A stretch of DNA of 64,000 nt from an uncultured cyanobacterium (GCA_963719515.1 CAVRCJ010000001.1:96001-160000), one strand, 5' to 3'; shown: positions 9,780 through 20,411, counted from the first letter of the stretch. Notes: generated from the sequence alone by a model not told the origin. Numbers and translations are program-made.

Positions 9780-11549
9780 ATGACCGCTCTCCCCCTCGCG
9801 GCACCCCCGCCCGCTAAGCCCAAGCTCTCCACCGCGAGGCGGTTCCTGCAATACTTCGCCCCCTACCGCCAAGAGCTCCCCGTGGCCCTGCTGCTAGTCG
9901 CCATCGGGGCCACCACCCAGGCCATCGGCCCGCTGCTCATCGGCTGGTCCATCGACAACCTCATCCTCAAGGGCAACCTGCCGGGCCTGCTGCGGATGCT
10001 GGCTCTGCTCACCGCCATCTACTTCATAGGTCTGTGGGCCATTCGCGGGCAGATTTTGCGCATGGGCTCCATCGTGCAGCGGCTGCTGGGGCAGCTCCGG
10101 CAGGATATCTTCGACAAGGTGCAGAGCCTGCCGGTGAGCTTCTTTGACCGCAGCGAATCCGGGGACCTGATGAGCCGCCTGCTCAACGACGTGAACACGG
10201 TCAACCAGGCCTTTGGGCTGACGATTCCCCAGATGCTGGGCCAGACCTTTAGCCTGGTGGGCATCATCATCGCCATGCTCTCCATCAACCTGCAGCTGGG
10301 GCTGCTGAGCAACCTGGTGGTGCCGCTGATGATCTTCACCACGGCGGTCTTCTCCCGCTGGGCCCGAAAGCGGTTTCGCGTTACCCGGCAGACCATCGGC
10401 GACCTGTCCGCCAAGCTGGAAGAGGACATCGGCAGCGTGCGCGAGGCTCAGGCGTTTAACCGCACCCAGCTCAACATTGAAGAATTTGACAGCCTCAACG
10501 CCGCCAACCGCCGCGCCAACGTGCAGGCCGTAGCGGTGACGGCGGCGTTCTTGCCCTCCATCGACTTCCTCAATACCCTGGCGATCGCCGGCGTGATGAC
10601 CTACGGCGGCTACCTCGCGGTGAACGGGGTGATGACAGTGGGCACGGTGACCGCCTTTTTGCTCTACGTGCAGCAGTTCTTTCGCCCGATTCAGATTCTC
10701 AGCCAGTTCTACACCCAGGCCCAGTCTGCCCTAGCGGGACTAGACCGCATCTTTTCGCTGCTGGATGAGCCCGCCACCTTAAAAGACGCTACCGACGCCA
10801 CCGAGATGCCCCCCATTCGCGGGGAGGTGCGCTTTGAGCAAGTGGAGTTTGGCTACACCGCCACTCAGCGGGTGCTCCAAGGGATAAACCTCTGCGCTCA
10901 GCCGGGGGAGATGATCGCCTTAGTGGGGCCGACGGGGGCGGGGAAAAGTACGATCATTAACTTGATTTTGCGGTTTTACGACGTCTCAGCGGGGGCCGTC
11001 AAAATTGACGGCATCGATGTGCGCCAGGTGACCCAGGCCAGCCTGCGGCGGCAGATTGGCATCGTGCTGCAGGACAACCTGCTGTTTAGCGGCACTGTGG
11101 CCGAAAATATCGCCTTTGGGGCTCCCGACGCCAGCCAGGCCGACATTGAAGCTGCGGCCCAGGCCGCCAACGCCCACGAGTTCATTACCCTGCTGCCCCA
11201 GGGCTACAGCACCCGCCTGGGAGAGCGGGGCGCGCCTTTGAGTCAGGGGCAGCGGCAGCTGGTGAGCATTGCCCGCGCGGTGCTGATCGACCCGCGCATT
11301 TTGGTGCTGGATGAGGCCACCAGCAGCATCGACACCCGCACCGAAGGGCTGGTGCAGGCGGCGATCGCCACCCTCCTGCAGGGGCGCACCAGCTTTGTGA
11401 TTGCCCACCGCCTCAGCACGGTCACCCAGGCGGATCAGGTGCTGGTGATTCAGCAGGGGGCGATCGCAGAGCGAGGCTCCCACAGCGAGCTGATGGCGCT
11501 CCAGGGCATCTATGCCAACCTGTATGGCTTACAGCTCGGGAGCGACTGA
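9780..11549 (+). CDS. ABC exporter permease/ATP-binding subunit (likely heterodimer partner of 6273..8052)
   Basis: GPTGAGKS, LSQGQRQ, LDEATS, IAHRLST. Confidence 0.92.
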   Translation: MTALPLAAPPPAKPKLSTARRFLQYFAPYRQELPVALLLVAIGATTQAIGPLLIGWSIDNLILKGNLPGLLRMLALLTAIYFIGLWAIRGQILRMGSIVQRLLGQLRQDIFDKVQSLPVSFFDRSESGDLMSRLLNDVNTVNQAFGLTIPQMLGQTFSLVGIIIAMLSINLQLGLLSNLVVPLMIFTTAVFSRWARKRFRVTRQTIGDLSAKLEEDIGSVREAQAFNRTQLNIEEFDSLNAANRRANVQAVAVTAAFLPSIDFLNTLAIAGVMTYGGYLAVNGVMTVGTVTAFLLYVQQFFRPIQILSQFYTQAQSALAGLDRIFSLLDEPATLKDATDATEMPPIRGEVRFEQVEFGYTATQRVLQGINLCAQPGEMIALVGPTGAGKSTIINLILRFYDVSAGAVKIDGIDVRQVTQASLRRQIGIVLQDNLLFSGTVAENIAFGAPDASQADIEAAAQAANAHEFITLLPQGYSTRLGERGAPLSQGQRQLVSIARAVLIDPRILVLDEATSSIDTRTEGLVQAAIATLLQGRTSFVIAHRLSTVTQADQVLVIQQGAIAERGSHSELMALQGIYANLYGLQLGSD

Positions 11550-11641
11550 CGTCGAGGCTGTGAGGCTAGCGGTAGATCGGTCTGCGAGCCGGGGCTTAGT
11601 GAGCACAACGTCTGATGGGATGGGGCGGCTTGGTACGGGGT

Positions 11642-12925
11642 CTACGTCTGCTTGCTCACGATAGCTATGACAACCGGCAGGCCAATGATTACAGCGATGC
11701 CAGCGCCAGCTGCAATCAAGAGAATCGGCAGCACGGCCAATACCTCCCGTATCAACGCATCGGCAGTCCGTTTGCCTGTTTCCCAATAGACCCAATCGTC
11801 TCCCAACTGGCTGGCTAGAGTCGTGCTACCGGAAACCATCACCACAATGCCATTCCCGGTGGCCGGATTAATGCGTACCGTATGGTTTAAGGCGGGAAGG
11901 TTGGCCCCGTCGTGCCCCACCACAAGACCTGCCTCAGTCTTCATGTAGACACTGTGACCCAGTCCCCAAATGCCAGAGGTACCGGGCTGAGGCGTCGTCA
12001 TCTCTGATAGCGTCGCCGGACTGAGAACCGGGTTGCTGCCAAAATAGGCTCGTGTAAGAGCGGCCATATCTTGAGGTGTGGCGTACAGAGATGCCGCTGC
12101 TGTTGCTGTGTAGCGGCGGTGGGGTGCTGGTTGGAGGTCCGTATCAAAACTTGTGGCCAGGTGACTTTCGCGATCGCTCGCTTCAATGCTCTCCCAATCA
12201 AAGCTTGCGCCCGTCATATTCAGAGGCTGCAATACGGTCTCCGTCATATAGTCTGCAAAGGTCTGGCCAGTGACCTCTTCTACTAAAAGCTGCAGCACCG
12301 TGTAGCCACCCCCTGAATAGCGCCAGCGATCGCCCGGCTGCTGCGTCACCGCCACACCGCGCGGCTCACCGGCTGCCGGGTCATGGGCTAGGGTGAGCGA
12401 TTCTTCTAGGGTCTGCAGCGGTTCGCCGGGCAGAAATCCCGCATAGCCGAAGCCATCGCCCAAGCCCGCAGTATGGCTCAGCAATTGGCGGACCGTAACC
12501 TCGCTGGCGTCGTAATCTCCGGCGGAAAATTGCCAGCGGGTTAGATAGTTCGATACCCGGTCATCTAAAGTGACGATTCTTCCATCCTCAACGAGCTTCA
12601 TCACGCCCCAGGCGGTGACCAACTTGCTGACCGAGGCCATTTGGTAGAGAGTCTTATCGAACTGGACTGGGGCCTGTGATAAATCCGCGTCGCCAAAACC
12701 GTGGGTAGCGATCACCTGGCCGTTCTGCACTAGAGCAATGGCCGCACTGCCGAACCGCTGACCGGCGGCCTTACCTACGGTTGCCACGAGGTACTCCTCA
12801 AAGGCAGCGGCATCACCGCTGGAAGCGACGGGGCGAGTTACGGCAAGACTGGCGATCGTTACGCCAACGGCGGCTAGTACCCATAGGGCAATGAAACCCA
12901 ATTTAGAGAAGAGATAGGAACCCAT
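11642..12925 (-). CDS. Serine hydrolase, beta-lactamase family
   Basis: SVSK (SxxK), LLSHTAG, YSGGGY, HDG; N- and C-terminal hydrophobic segments. Confidence 0.88.
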   Translation of the reverse strand: MGSYLFSKLGFIALWVLAAVGVTIASLAVTRPVASSGDAAAFEEYLVATVGKAAGQRFGSAAIALVQNGQVIATHGFGDADLSQAPVQFDKTLYQMASVSKLVTAWGVMKLVEDGRIVTLDDRVSNYLTRWQFSAGDYDASEVTVRQLLSHTAGLGDGFGYAGFLPGEPLQTLEESLTLAHDPAAGEPRGVAVTQQPGDRWRYSGGGYTVLQLLVEEVTGQTFADYMTETVLQPLNMTGASFDWESIEASDRESHLATSFDTDLQPAPHRRYTATAAASLYATPQDMAALTRAYFGSNPVLSPATLSEMTTPQPGTSGIWGLGHSVYMKTEAGLVVGHDGANLPALNHTVRINPATGNGIVVMVSGSTTLASQLGDDWVYWETGKRTADALIREVLAVLPILLIAAGAGIAVIIGLPVVIAIVSKQT

Positions 12926-13184
12926 CAGGTCACACTTGGTAGGCTAAAACTTTTGTCCTTGGCTTGCCTCTCGGGAAAACGTAAATTTCTAGCTCCTCAA
13001 GAAATGCAGCAGGTGAAATGCTGTCGCTGCCTATCAGAAGACCCATATGAAGCTCACATCACCATGGGCGATCTGCCGCTGGGGTGGATTGTACCCCGAG
13101 AAACGCGGTAATGCGCTCTTGGGCAGCAGCAGCAGATGTCCTGCTTGCTGTAAAGCTGATGTCCTAATTTAGCGCAGCGTCCGT

Positions 13185-13251
13185 TTCTTATGCTAAGAAT
13201 TGATTTTCCACTATGAGTCCAATTTTGAGACCTTGCATCTTAGCCTAATAC
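13185..13251 (-). repeat. Three-box palindromic site, copy 3
   Basis: TTCTTA-TGC-TAAGAA (13185), GTCCAA-TTT-TGAGAC (13217), ATCTTA-GCC-TAATAC (13237). Confidence 0.65.
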
Positions 13252-13799
13252 AGCTTCAAAAACCAAGCTCAACCTGCTCGCAGCTGCGGCTCAGGTCATC
13301 CGCGACAAAGGCGTCGCCCAGCTAACCCTGGAAGCCGTCGCCGACCAGGCCAAGGTCAGTAAAGGGGGGCTGCTATACCACTACCCCAGCAAACAGGCCC
13401 TGCTAACCGCCATGGTCACTCACCTGATTGATAGTTTCGAGACTGCGATCGCCGCCCAAATCGAAGCGGCGGATAGGAAAATGACCTGGCTAGAAGCTTA
13501 CGTCCTACTGTCCTTCGACCCTGAGCAGTCTCAGCTAGTGGAGAGCGCGGGCATCTTGGCGGCGGTGGTGGGCGCACCCTGAACTGCTAGAACCCCTGCA
13601 GCAGCAGTACCAGGCGTGGCAGGCCGCATCTGAGGCCAGCGGGCTTACACCTGCCTTAGCGACTGTGGTACGGCTGGCCGCTGACGGGTTATGGTTTACC
13701 GAGCTACTTGACGTCTCTCCACTGACGGAAGAGCGGCGATCGCAGGCTCTAGAGGCGCTGCTTGATCTGATTCGAACCCACAAGGAGCGACAGTCATGA
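13244..13799 (+). pseudogene. TetR-family regulator; no start codon and a frameshift near 13571
   Basis: LLAAAAQVIRDKGVAQLTLEAVADQAKVSKGGLLYHYPSKQALL; C-terminal RLAADGLW; stop overlaps the P450 start (ATGA). Confidence 0.8.
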
Positions 13800-15207
13800 C
13801 TAGCAACTTGATCCGTTCTAGTATCGAAAGGCCAAATCCGCCGAAAATCTCTCGCCTGACAGGGCTGGCCGCTCTTCGCAGCCTCATCCACTACAGCCGC
13901 CAGCCCCTAGAATTCTCCACCCTCACCCGCGAAAAGTATGGCGATGGCGTTTGCCTCACCCTTGGTCCGGTTCAAATCCACTTGCTCAACCATCCTGCTT
14001 TAATTGAAGCGGTACTGGCCAAGCAAAATCAGCGTTTTATCAAGGACATCAGCTACCGAGCCTTGAAGGGCGTATTCGGCGACGGGCTGCTGCTGAGCGA
14101 AGGGGACGTATGGAAGCGACACCGACGGCTGATGCAGCCAGGTTTTGAGGCGATCGCATGGCGCATTATGCCGCTACGGTGGTAGCAGACGCGGCTCAAG
14201 TGCTGGATTGCTGGCGAGTTGGGGAGGTGCGCGATGTGCATCAGGAGATGAGCCAGCTGACGGTGCGGGTGATCACCCAAGCGATGTTCGGCGTGGAGGT
14301 GGTAGAGACTGCGCTGGAGATTGGCGAGGCCATGGAGGCGATTATGGTGCGCTATTTTCACCAGGCGGAAACCTGGTTTTTGATGCCGAACTGGTAGCCC
14401 ACTGCGAGCAACCGGAAAGCCCATAAAGCCACACGGCGACTGAGGACGCTAGTCGACGACATCATTGACCAGCGCCGTCAAACCCCCAAAGGTGATCTGC
14501 TCTCAGCCCTGCTGCAAGCTCAAGACGAAGCCGGTGAACGGCTCTCCCAGCAGGAGCTGCGGGATGAGGTGATGACGCTGCTGCTGGCGGGGCACGAGAC
14601 GACGGCCAATGCCTTAACCTGGACGCTGTTGCTCCTGGCTCAGCACCCAGCAGTATGGGACAGGCTGGCGAAGGAGGTGCATTTGGTCTTGGGCGATCGC
14701 TTGCCCACCTATGGCGATTTGCCCCAGCTGCACTACACCAAGTGCATCATCAAAGAATCAATGCGGCTCTACCCACCGGCTTGGGCGCTAGGCCGCGAGG
14801 TGGTTGAGGATTGCCAGATTGAGGGCTATAGCCTGAAGCGCGGGACCGCAGTTTACGTCAGCCAGTGGGTTATGCAACGCGTCCCACGCTTTTTTGAAGA
14901 ACCAGAGCAGTTTTGCCCGCAGCGATGGGCGGGAGGCTTAGAGCAGCGCTTGCCTCGCGGGGTCTATTTCCCCTTTGGCGCAGGACCACGGGTTTGCATT
15001 GGCAAAGCCTTTTCGATGATGGAGTCGGTGTTGATTTTGGCAATGGTAGCGCAGCGGTTTCGACTGAGGCTGGCACCGCAGCCGCCGGTAGAGCTACTGC
15101 CGTCGATTACGCTGCGGCCAAAGCGGGGCGTTGAGATGAGAGTACAGCGCAAATGGTGCTTCTCCGCGCAAAAGCCTATACTTGGACAGAGGGCTTGTCT
15201 CGATTGA
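13796..15207 (+). pseudogene. Cytochrome P450 (frameshift ~14150, in-frame TAG 14395-14397)
   Basis: AGHETT, ESMR (ExxR) and FGAGPRVCIG heme motif spread over three ORF pieces. Confidence 0.88.
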
Positions 15208-15632
15208 GCTGGACCTTGCCAACAGAGCCAGAAAGGCGAGAGCTTTTCATACCCCTAGACTGAATTGAGTGCCGCCTTGGTCGTTCTGAGATAGGCTAGG
15301 AATGGGTTATAGCCTATCCTGACGGGGCGAGCATCTTGTTCAAAAAGCTCTGTAGATTTAGTCCAATTTTAGTCCAACTAAGAACGCGATCGCCAAAACC
15401 CTTATCGGGCAAGTGTTTATGGAAGTTTCTGATTATTTGCGGGTTACCGCAAATAATCAAAGGGCTGTTAATATCGGCGGGAGTCCTAGCGGAAGCTCTA
15501 ACCTTATACAACTTCTCTGTAGACTGTCTCTCCACTTCCTTACCCCCTTTTTGCCCTGGTATCCTGGCCTGCTATGGTCTAACGCGCTCCAAATCAGCAG
15601 CTAGCTGAGTCTTCAAGGCACCCAATTCGTTA

Positions 15633-16037
15633 ATGCAGCCCCGCTCACCCCGTAATTCAGGCCCCACAACAGAGCTAGCAAAGCAGCGCAACCAGGCCGC
15701 AGCGGAAAGGACTCTGCTTGCCTGGATTCAAAACAGCCTGATGCTGCTCGGCTTGGGCATCACGCTCAACTATGTTGCGGCTTCACTTCTCCAAAACGCT
15801 TCTAGTTTTAATGAGGCGATCGCTCAGTCAGCGTTTGATTCACTCAGCCTACTCGTCATACCCTTAGGGCTCATCTTGCTCGCATTGGCAATCTGGCAAT
15901 ACCGGCTTTCGGTGCGATCGCTTCGGCGCAAGAATGACGTTTTGCTCCCAAGTCAGCTGATGGTGATAGTTGCAGTCGTATCAGTGACTCTGTTTGGAAT
16001 TATTTCAGCCGTCATCGTTTTGTTCAGAAGCGTCTAA
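15633..16037 (+). CDS. DUF202/YidH-family membrane protein
   Basis: ELAKQRNQAAAERTLLAWI plus 3 TM segments. Confidence 0.8.
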   Translation: MQPRSPRNSGPTTELAKQRNQAAAERTLLAWIQNSLMLLGLGITLNYVAASLLQNASSFNEAIAQSAFDSLSLLVIPLGLILLALAIWQYRLSVRSLRRKNDVLLPSQLMVIVAVVSVTLFGIISAVIVLFRSV

Positions 16038-16043
16038 TCCTTT

Positions 16044-16442
16044 TCAGGTAAACGCCTTGATTAAAATTCCAACAAAAGCAACCACCCCAAACACGAGTAG
16101 CGAATTGGCCACGATCAGGCCGATGGAGCGCTCAGGAACGTAGGTATAGTCCTCGTGCTGGATGTGCTTAAGCTCCTGGCGATGCTGCACAGCTGCCGCC
16201 AGCGTCGCCCAGGTCCCCAGAGCAATGAAGAACAGGCCCAAAATTCGCGATAGCCGAATTGGGTTATTGACCCCCGCTACGTTGTTCAGCGCTGCCACGA
16301 TCTGGTCAATACCGAAGCCAAAGCTAATCAAAGAAAGACTTGTCCGAATCCACGCCATCAGCGTTCGCTCTGCGGCCGCCTGGTTTCTTTTCTTAGCAAG
16401 TTCAGTTTTGAGGTCGAGGCGAGTAGTTTGAGGAGCTTGCAT
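16044..16442 (-). CDS. DUF202/YidH-family membrane protein (start uncertain)
   Basis: ELAKKRNQAAAERTLMAWIRTSLSLISFGFGI. Confidence 0.82.
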   Translation of the reverse strand: MQAPQTTRLDLKTELAKKRNQAAAERTLMAWIRTSLSLISFGFGIDQIVAALNNVAGVNNPIRLSRILGLFFIALGTWATLAAAVQHRQELKHIQHEDYTYVPERSIGLIVANSLLVFGVVAFVGILIKAFT

Positions 16443-16863
16443 GGCTGTAGTTTCGGTGGGGCGATCGCTAAGCGAGTAGTCTTTCAGATCGTAGTCGTAT
16501 CGGTAACTCTCCTTGACCATTCCAGGCAGGTCACCTAGGTGATTTGGCCTTGCTGAAAGGGGTCGAGGAGAACCAGGGTGATCTTCCCACAGCCCGCGAT
16601 CGCCTAGCTCACGTCCCAGACCGCTAGCGCTGAAGATGGGAGGCCCCATGACAAGATAATCGCGGTCCAACTGTGTTGCCCCTCCACCTTACACTCAGCG
16701 TCGGGGCGGCAATTTGTCCAGATACAGTCCTGGTACTTCAGTCCGGGAAGGAAGTAATGAGAGTAACCTACTGCTTTGGGCATATTCAGCACAGATACCG
16801 CCACAGCGATCGCCAGAAGTAGTGGCGCAGATTCAGTTTGCCCAAGACAAATACTAATGCTCA

Positions 16864-17454
16864 ATGCTCAAAAACTATATTGCCCTGGCCGGTTTACTGG
16901 TCTCCAGCCTCTCCACCGCGATAATGCTCCCTTGGAGTCAACCAGTCAATGCTCTCCCGGCCGTTGATTCCGCCTGCTACATGATTGGCGGACCCGGACA
17001 AACCCTCGACTTATCTGCCCTATGCGGGCAGGGCTCAACCGCCGCACCACAAGCACCAGCGCCCGTTGGCACCTCCAGCCCTAGCTTCGAGCAAGCGATG
17101 GACAATATAGGCTTAAGGCGCTGGACAGATGGCCAATTTGACAATATTGCTTTTGATGTTTGGACCAAGCAGGGCGGGGGATTCTACTACTTCCTCTGGT
17201 CTATGCCAGCCCCTGAAGATCGCAGTGATCCAGACGTCGTCGTGTTCTTCGATAGCAGCGTTTCTCGCCTCAACAGAGCCTTCGTGCTGGGGTGCTACTT
17301 TTCCTCTGGAAGCACCTGTACCGGGGATGGACTCTCGCCAGCAGGCTATACCGAGAGTGCCGTTGAACATCTTATCGACGATCTATCGATAATATCGCCG
17401 CACGTTCGGCGAAGAGGCCCCTGCAATGTAAACTGCATCAGCGGATTTCGCTAG
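16864..17454 (+). CDS. Secreted hypothetical protein
   Basis: Signal peptide followed by CYM...GQTLDLSALCG motif. Confidence 0.65.
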   Translation: MLKNYIALAGLLVSSLSTAIMLPWSQPVNALPAVDSACYMIGGPGQTLDLSALCGQGSTAAPQAPAPVGTSSPSFEQAMDNIGLRRWTDGQFDNIAFDVWTKQGGGFYYFLWSMPAPEDRSDPDVVVFFDSSVSRLNRAFVLGCYFSSGSTCTGDGLSPAGYTESAVEHLIDDLSIISPHVRRRGPCNVNCISGFR

Positions 17455-17558
17455 ACTCTACCCCCGTTCGGCCTGAGGCCATCACTTGCCTATTGCGCTC
17501 ACCATAAGCCCAGCAGCAACTTCACCGATAGCCTTTAATTCAGCTTCAGAAAGACACA

Positions 17559-17693
17559 ATGCATTCGTTTATGGCAATTCAGCGTCACGCTAAACCGGCT
17601 GAGGTTGCGGGGATGGTGGCCTATTCGGTTGGCCCTGAGGTGTCGATCGCGACGGGGGCGCAGCACGCTATCGATGGTGGTTTTGGGGCGTAA
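17559..17693 (+). pseudogene. SDR oxidoreductase (BdcA-like) C-terminal remnant
   Basis: MHSFMAIQRHAKPAEVAGMVAYSVGPEVSIATGAQHAIDGGFGA*. Confidence 0.7.
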
Positions 17694-17716
17694 AGAACGG
17701 GCATCTTTCCTCTTTT

Positions 17717-17763
17717 AGGCGATCGCTACGCGGGCGTTTTCCGCAGTGGGCGATCGCCTTTTT
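17717..17763 (+). terminator. HIP1-containing hairpin followed by a T-tract
   Basis: AGGCGATCGC...GCGATCGCCT followed by TTTT. Confidence 0.55.
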
Positions 17764-17822
17764 GTGAGACTGTGAGTTTCATAGTGAGACTCATAGTGGT
17801 TGAGGTGGTCTCAGATTAAGAG
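17756..17822 (+). repeat. Three-box palindromic site, copy 4
   Basis: GCCTTT-TTG-TGAGAC (17756), GTTTCA-TAG-TGAGAC (17776), GTCTCA-GAT-TAAGAG (17808). Confidence 0.65.
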
Positions 17823-17902
17823 CAATAGAGCTATTGACCGAGTTATTCCTCTTCGACTATGCTGCAAAGGTCATAGTTGATTGAGCCGCTAAACGGTAAT
17901 TC

Positions 17903-17977
17903 ATGCAGCAGCGTTCTCCACAATTCGCCCTACTCCTAGGGCTGCTGCTCCTGCGCGTCAAGCGCAGAACAATTTGA
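17903..17977 (+). CDS. Putative leuA leader peptide MQQRSPQFALLLGLLLLRVKRRTI
   Basis: 7 Leu codons in an 8-codon run upstream of leuA; complementary downstream segment at 18013-18020. Confidence 0.65.
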   Translation: MQQRSPQFALLLGLLLLRVKRRTI

Positions 17978-18189
17978 CATACTATTTTTCCACCGCAGTA
18001 TAAGCATCGGACGCCCTAGGCTACGCTAGGGGCTGACTTCATATAGGCTTTTGCTAGCAAGGCAGGCACCGTACAGGTGGCCTGTCCTTCATCCATCTCT
18101 GGTGCTCTTAGGCAGTGGTCCATAACACCGCCATGGACGTGTTCAGCGTTCTGGAAGCCCCTCGTTTTGAGGGAAGGGAACCAGACTCT

Positions 18190-18211
18190 CCTCTCCCAAA
18201 ATTGGGAGAGG
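18190..18211. repeat. Cyanobacterial REP-like hairpin
   Basis: CCTCTCCCAA-AA-TTGGGAGAGG. Confidence 0.5.
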
Positions 18212-18343
18212 GGCCGGGGAAGAGCGCCAAAGCCGCGCTAAACACATGCCTACCATGCCCATACTCTCAATTCCATGCCCTACCGTGGCACCGTCGCATT
18301 CCCACGGCCCAATATCCAAATTCACAACACCCGAGTTTCTACC

Positions 18344-20050
18344 ATGTTGACTAATCCCGCAGCCAAATATCAACCCTTTCAGCCCGTCAATTTACCCAAT
18401 CGCACCTGGCCCAGCCAAACCATCACCCAGCCCCCCGTCTGGCTGAGTACCGACCTGCGAGACGGCAACCAGGCTCTCATCGAACCCATGAACCGTCGCC
18501 GCAAGCTGGATATGTTTGAGCTGCTGGTGGCCATCGGATTTAAGGAAATCGAAGTGGCCTTTCCCTCCGCCTCGCAAACTGATTTCGACTTCGTCCGCGA
18601 CCTCATTGAAGGCGATCGCATCCCCGACGACGTCACCATTCAGGTGCTCACCCAGGCCCGAGAGCACCTCATCCGCCGAACCTTCGAGTCGCTGCGGGGG
18701 GCAAAGCGGGCCATTGTTCATGTCTACAACGCCACTGCGCCCAACTTCCGCCGCGTGGTGTTCCGGCAGGATAAAGCCGGCACCATCGAGCTCGCTGTCA
18801 ACGCGGCCCAGCTGATTCAAGCGTTGGCTGCCCAGCAGCCCGACACCCACTGGCGCTTTCAGTACTCCCCGGAAACCTTCACCGCCACTGAGCTAGACTT
18901 CGCCAAAGACATTTGCGACGCGGTCCTCGACGTCTGGCAGCCTACCGCTGACCGCAAAGCTATCATCAACCTTCCCGCCACTGTGGAAGTTTCTACCCCG
19001 AACGGCTTTGCCGACCAGGTGGAGTGGATGCACCGCCACATGGCCCACCGCGAAAACACCGTTCTCAGCGTTCACACCCACAACGACCGGGGCTGTGCGA
19101 TCGCCGCCGCAGAGTTGGCCCAGCTAGCGGGAGCCGACCGAGTAGAAGGCTGTCTATTTGGCAACGGGGAGCGCACCGGCAACGTGGACTTAGTCACCCT
19201 AGCCCTGAATCTCTATACCCAGGGCGTTCATCCCGGCCTGGATTTCTCCCACATTAACGAGGTGGCCCGCACCGTAGAAAACTGCACCCAGCTCCCTATC
19301 CACCCCCGTCATCCCTATGTGGGCGACTTGGTGTTCACCGCCTTTTCCGGCTCTCACCAGGACGCCATCAAAAAAGGCTTCGAGGCCCACGACGCTGCTG
19401 GGCTGTGGGAGATACCCTATCTGCCTATTGACCCCGCCGACCTGGGCCGCACCTACGAGTCGGTGATTCGGGTCAACAGCCAGTCGGGCAAGGGGGGGAT
19501 GGCTTTCTTGCTTGAGCGGGACTACGGTCTGGCCATGCCCCGCCGCATGCAGATTGAGTTCAGCCAGGTGGTGCAGCGGGTGATGGATGAGCGGGGTGAG
19601 GAGATGACCTCCGCACAGCTTTGGGATCTGTTTCAGCAGGAGTATCTGCAGCGGTCTACGCCGTTTAAGCTAGACACCTATCGGCTGATGGAGAGCGGCA
19701 CGGACCAGGAGATTGGCGCTACGGTGCGCTTTAACGGCCAAGACTTTTCTATTGCAGGCTGCGGCAATGGTCCTATTGATGCCTTCTTAGACGCACTGGA
19801 TATGCAGGTGAAGGTACACCACTACGAAGAGCGATCGCTCTCCCACGGTAGCGACGCTAAGGCGATCGCCTTTGTTGAGCTGTCGGGGGACTTTATTCCT
19901 AGCTCAACGTTTGGTGTAGGAATCCACGAGAACATTGTGACGGCGTCGCTGCTGGCGGTGCTGTGTGCAGTGAACCGGGTGATGGCGCAGGTGGATGAAG
20001 GTGCTCGTCGTAGGCTGCTGCAGCGATTTGAGCAGGCTTTGATTGTCTGA
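18344..20050 (+). CDS. leuA: 2-isopropylmalate synthase (LEU4/proteobacterial-type)
   Basis: [39 protein letters not shown]; likely start MLTNPAAKY. Confidence 0.93.
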   Translation: MLTNPAAKYQPFQPVNLPNRTWPSQTITQPPVWLSTDLRDGNQALIEPMNRRRKLDMFELLVAIGFKEIEVAFPSASQTDFDFVRDLIEGDRIPDDVTIQVLTQAREHLIRRTFESLRGAKRAIVHVYNATAPNFRRVVFRQDKAGTIELAVNAAQLIQALAAQQPDTHWRFQYSPETFTATELDFAKDICDAVLDVWQPTADRKAIINLPATVEVSTPNGFADQVEWMHRHMAHRENTVLSVHTHNDRGCAIAAAELAQLAGADRVEGCLFGNGERTGNVDLVTLALNLYTQGVHPGLDFSHINEVARTVENCTQLPIHPRHPYVGDLVFTAFSGSHQDAIKKGFEAHDAAGLWEIPYLPIDPADLGRTYESVIRVNSQSGKGGMAFLLERDYGLAMPRRMQIEFSQVVQRVMDERGEEMTSAQLWDLFQQEYLQRSTPFKLDTYRLMESGTDQEIGATVRFNGQDFSIAGCGNGPIDAFLDALDMQVKVHHYEERSLSHGSDAKAIAFVELSGDFIPSSTFGVGIHENIVTASLLAVLCAVNRVMAQVDEGARRRLLQRFEQALIV

Positions 20051-20078
20051 AGGAGGCGATCGCGTGCTTGCTCTAGCC

Positions 20079-20153
20079 ATATCAAGATAAGACGGGAAAA
20101 GCCAAGATAAGACTAATTCTGAAGAGAGTCGTCTTAGTCTAAGACGACTCTCT
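20079..20153 (+). repeat. Three-box palindromic site, copy 5; third box extended into a perfect 15-1-15 palindrome
   Basis: ATATCA-AGA-TAAGAC (20079), AAGCCA-AGA-TAAGAC (20099), AGAGAGTCGTCTTAG-T-CTAAGACGACTCTCT (20123-20153). Confidence 0.6.
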
Positions 20154-20411
20154 CGAACAATTCATTCAACTGCGGCACGGGGCGGGCTTTTAAGAGGGGA
20201 GAGCGCTGCTTTGGACTGGGCTGGACAATCACTCGCCTAGAGGTGATCTAAATCACTCGGTCGTATGATTGACAACCTGAACTAATCTCGGAGTCTTCCT
20301 GAATAAACCTCAACTTTTCGGGATTTTTTCTGCTCAGCGATTTTGGAATACTTAAGTCATCGAAAGGCCACACGAAGCACCTCTCACCTGACAACTTTAC
20401 CCCCCAAAGCC

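Noticed and set aside
15333..15385. AGTCCAATTTT match to site copy 3
   Set aside because: Flanking boxes do not align at the fixed spacing.
20230..20411. Glutamine riboswitch upstream of the DUF4278 gene
   Set aside because: Often found in this context, but I could not find the CGTTC...GGAAG...GAAGGAACG core; cmscan is needed.
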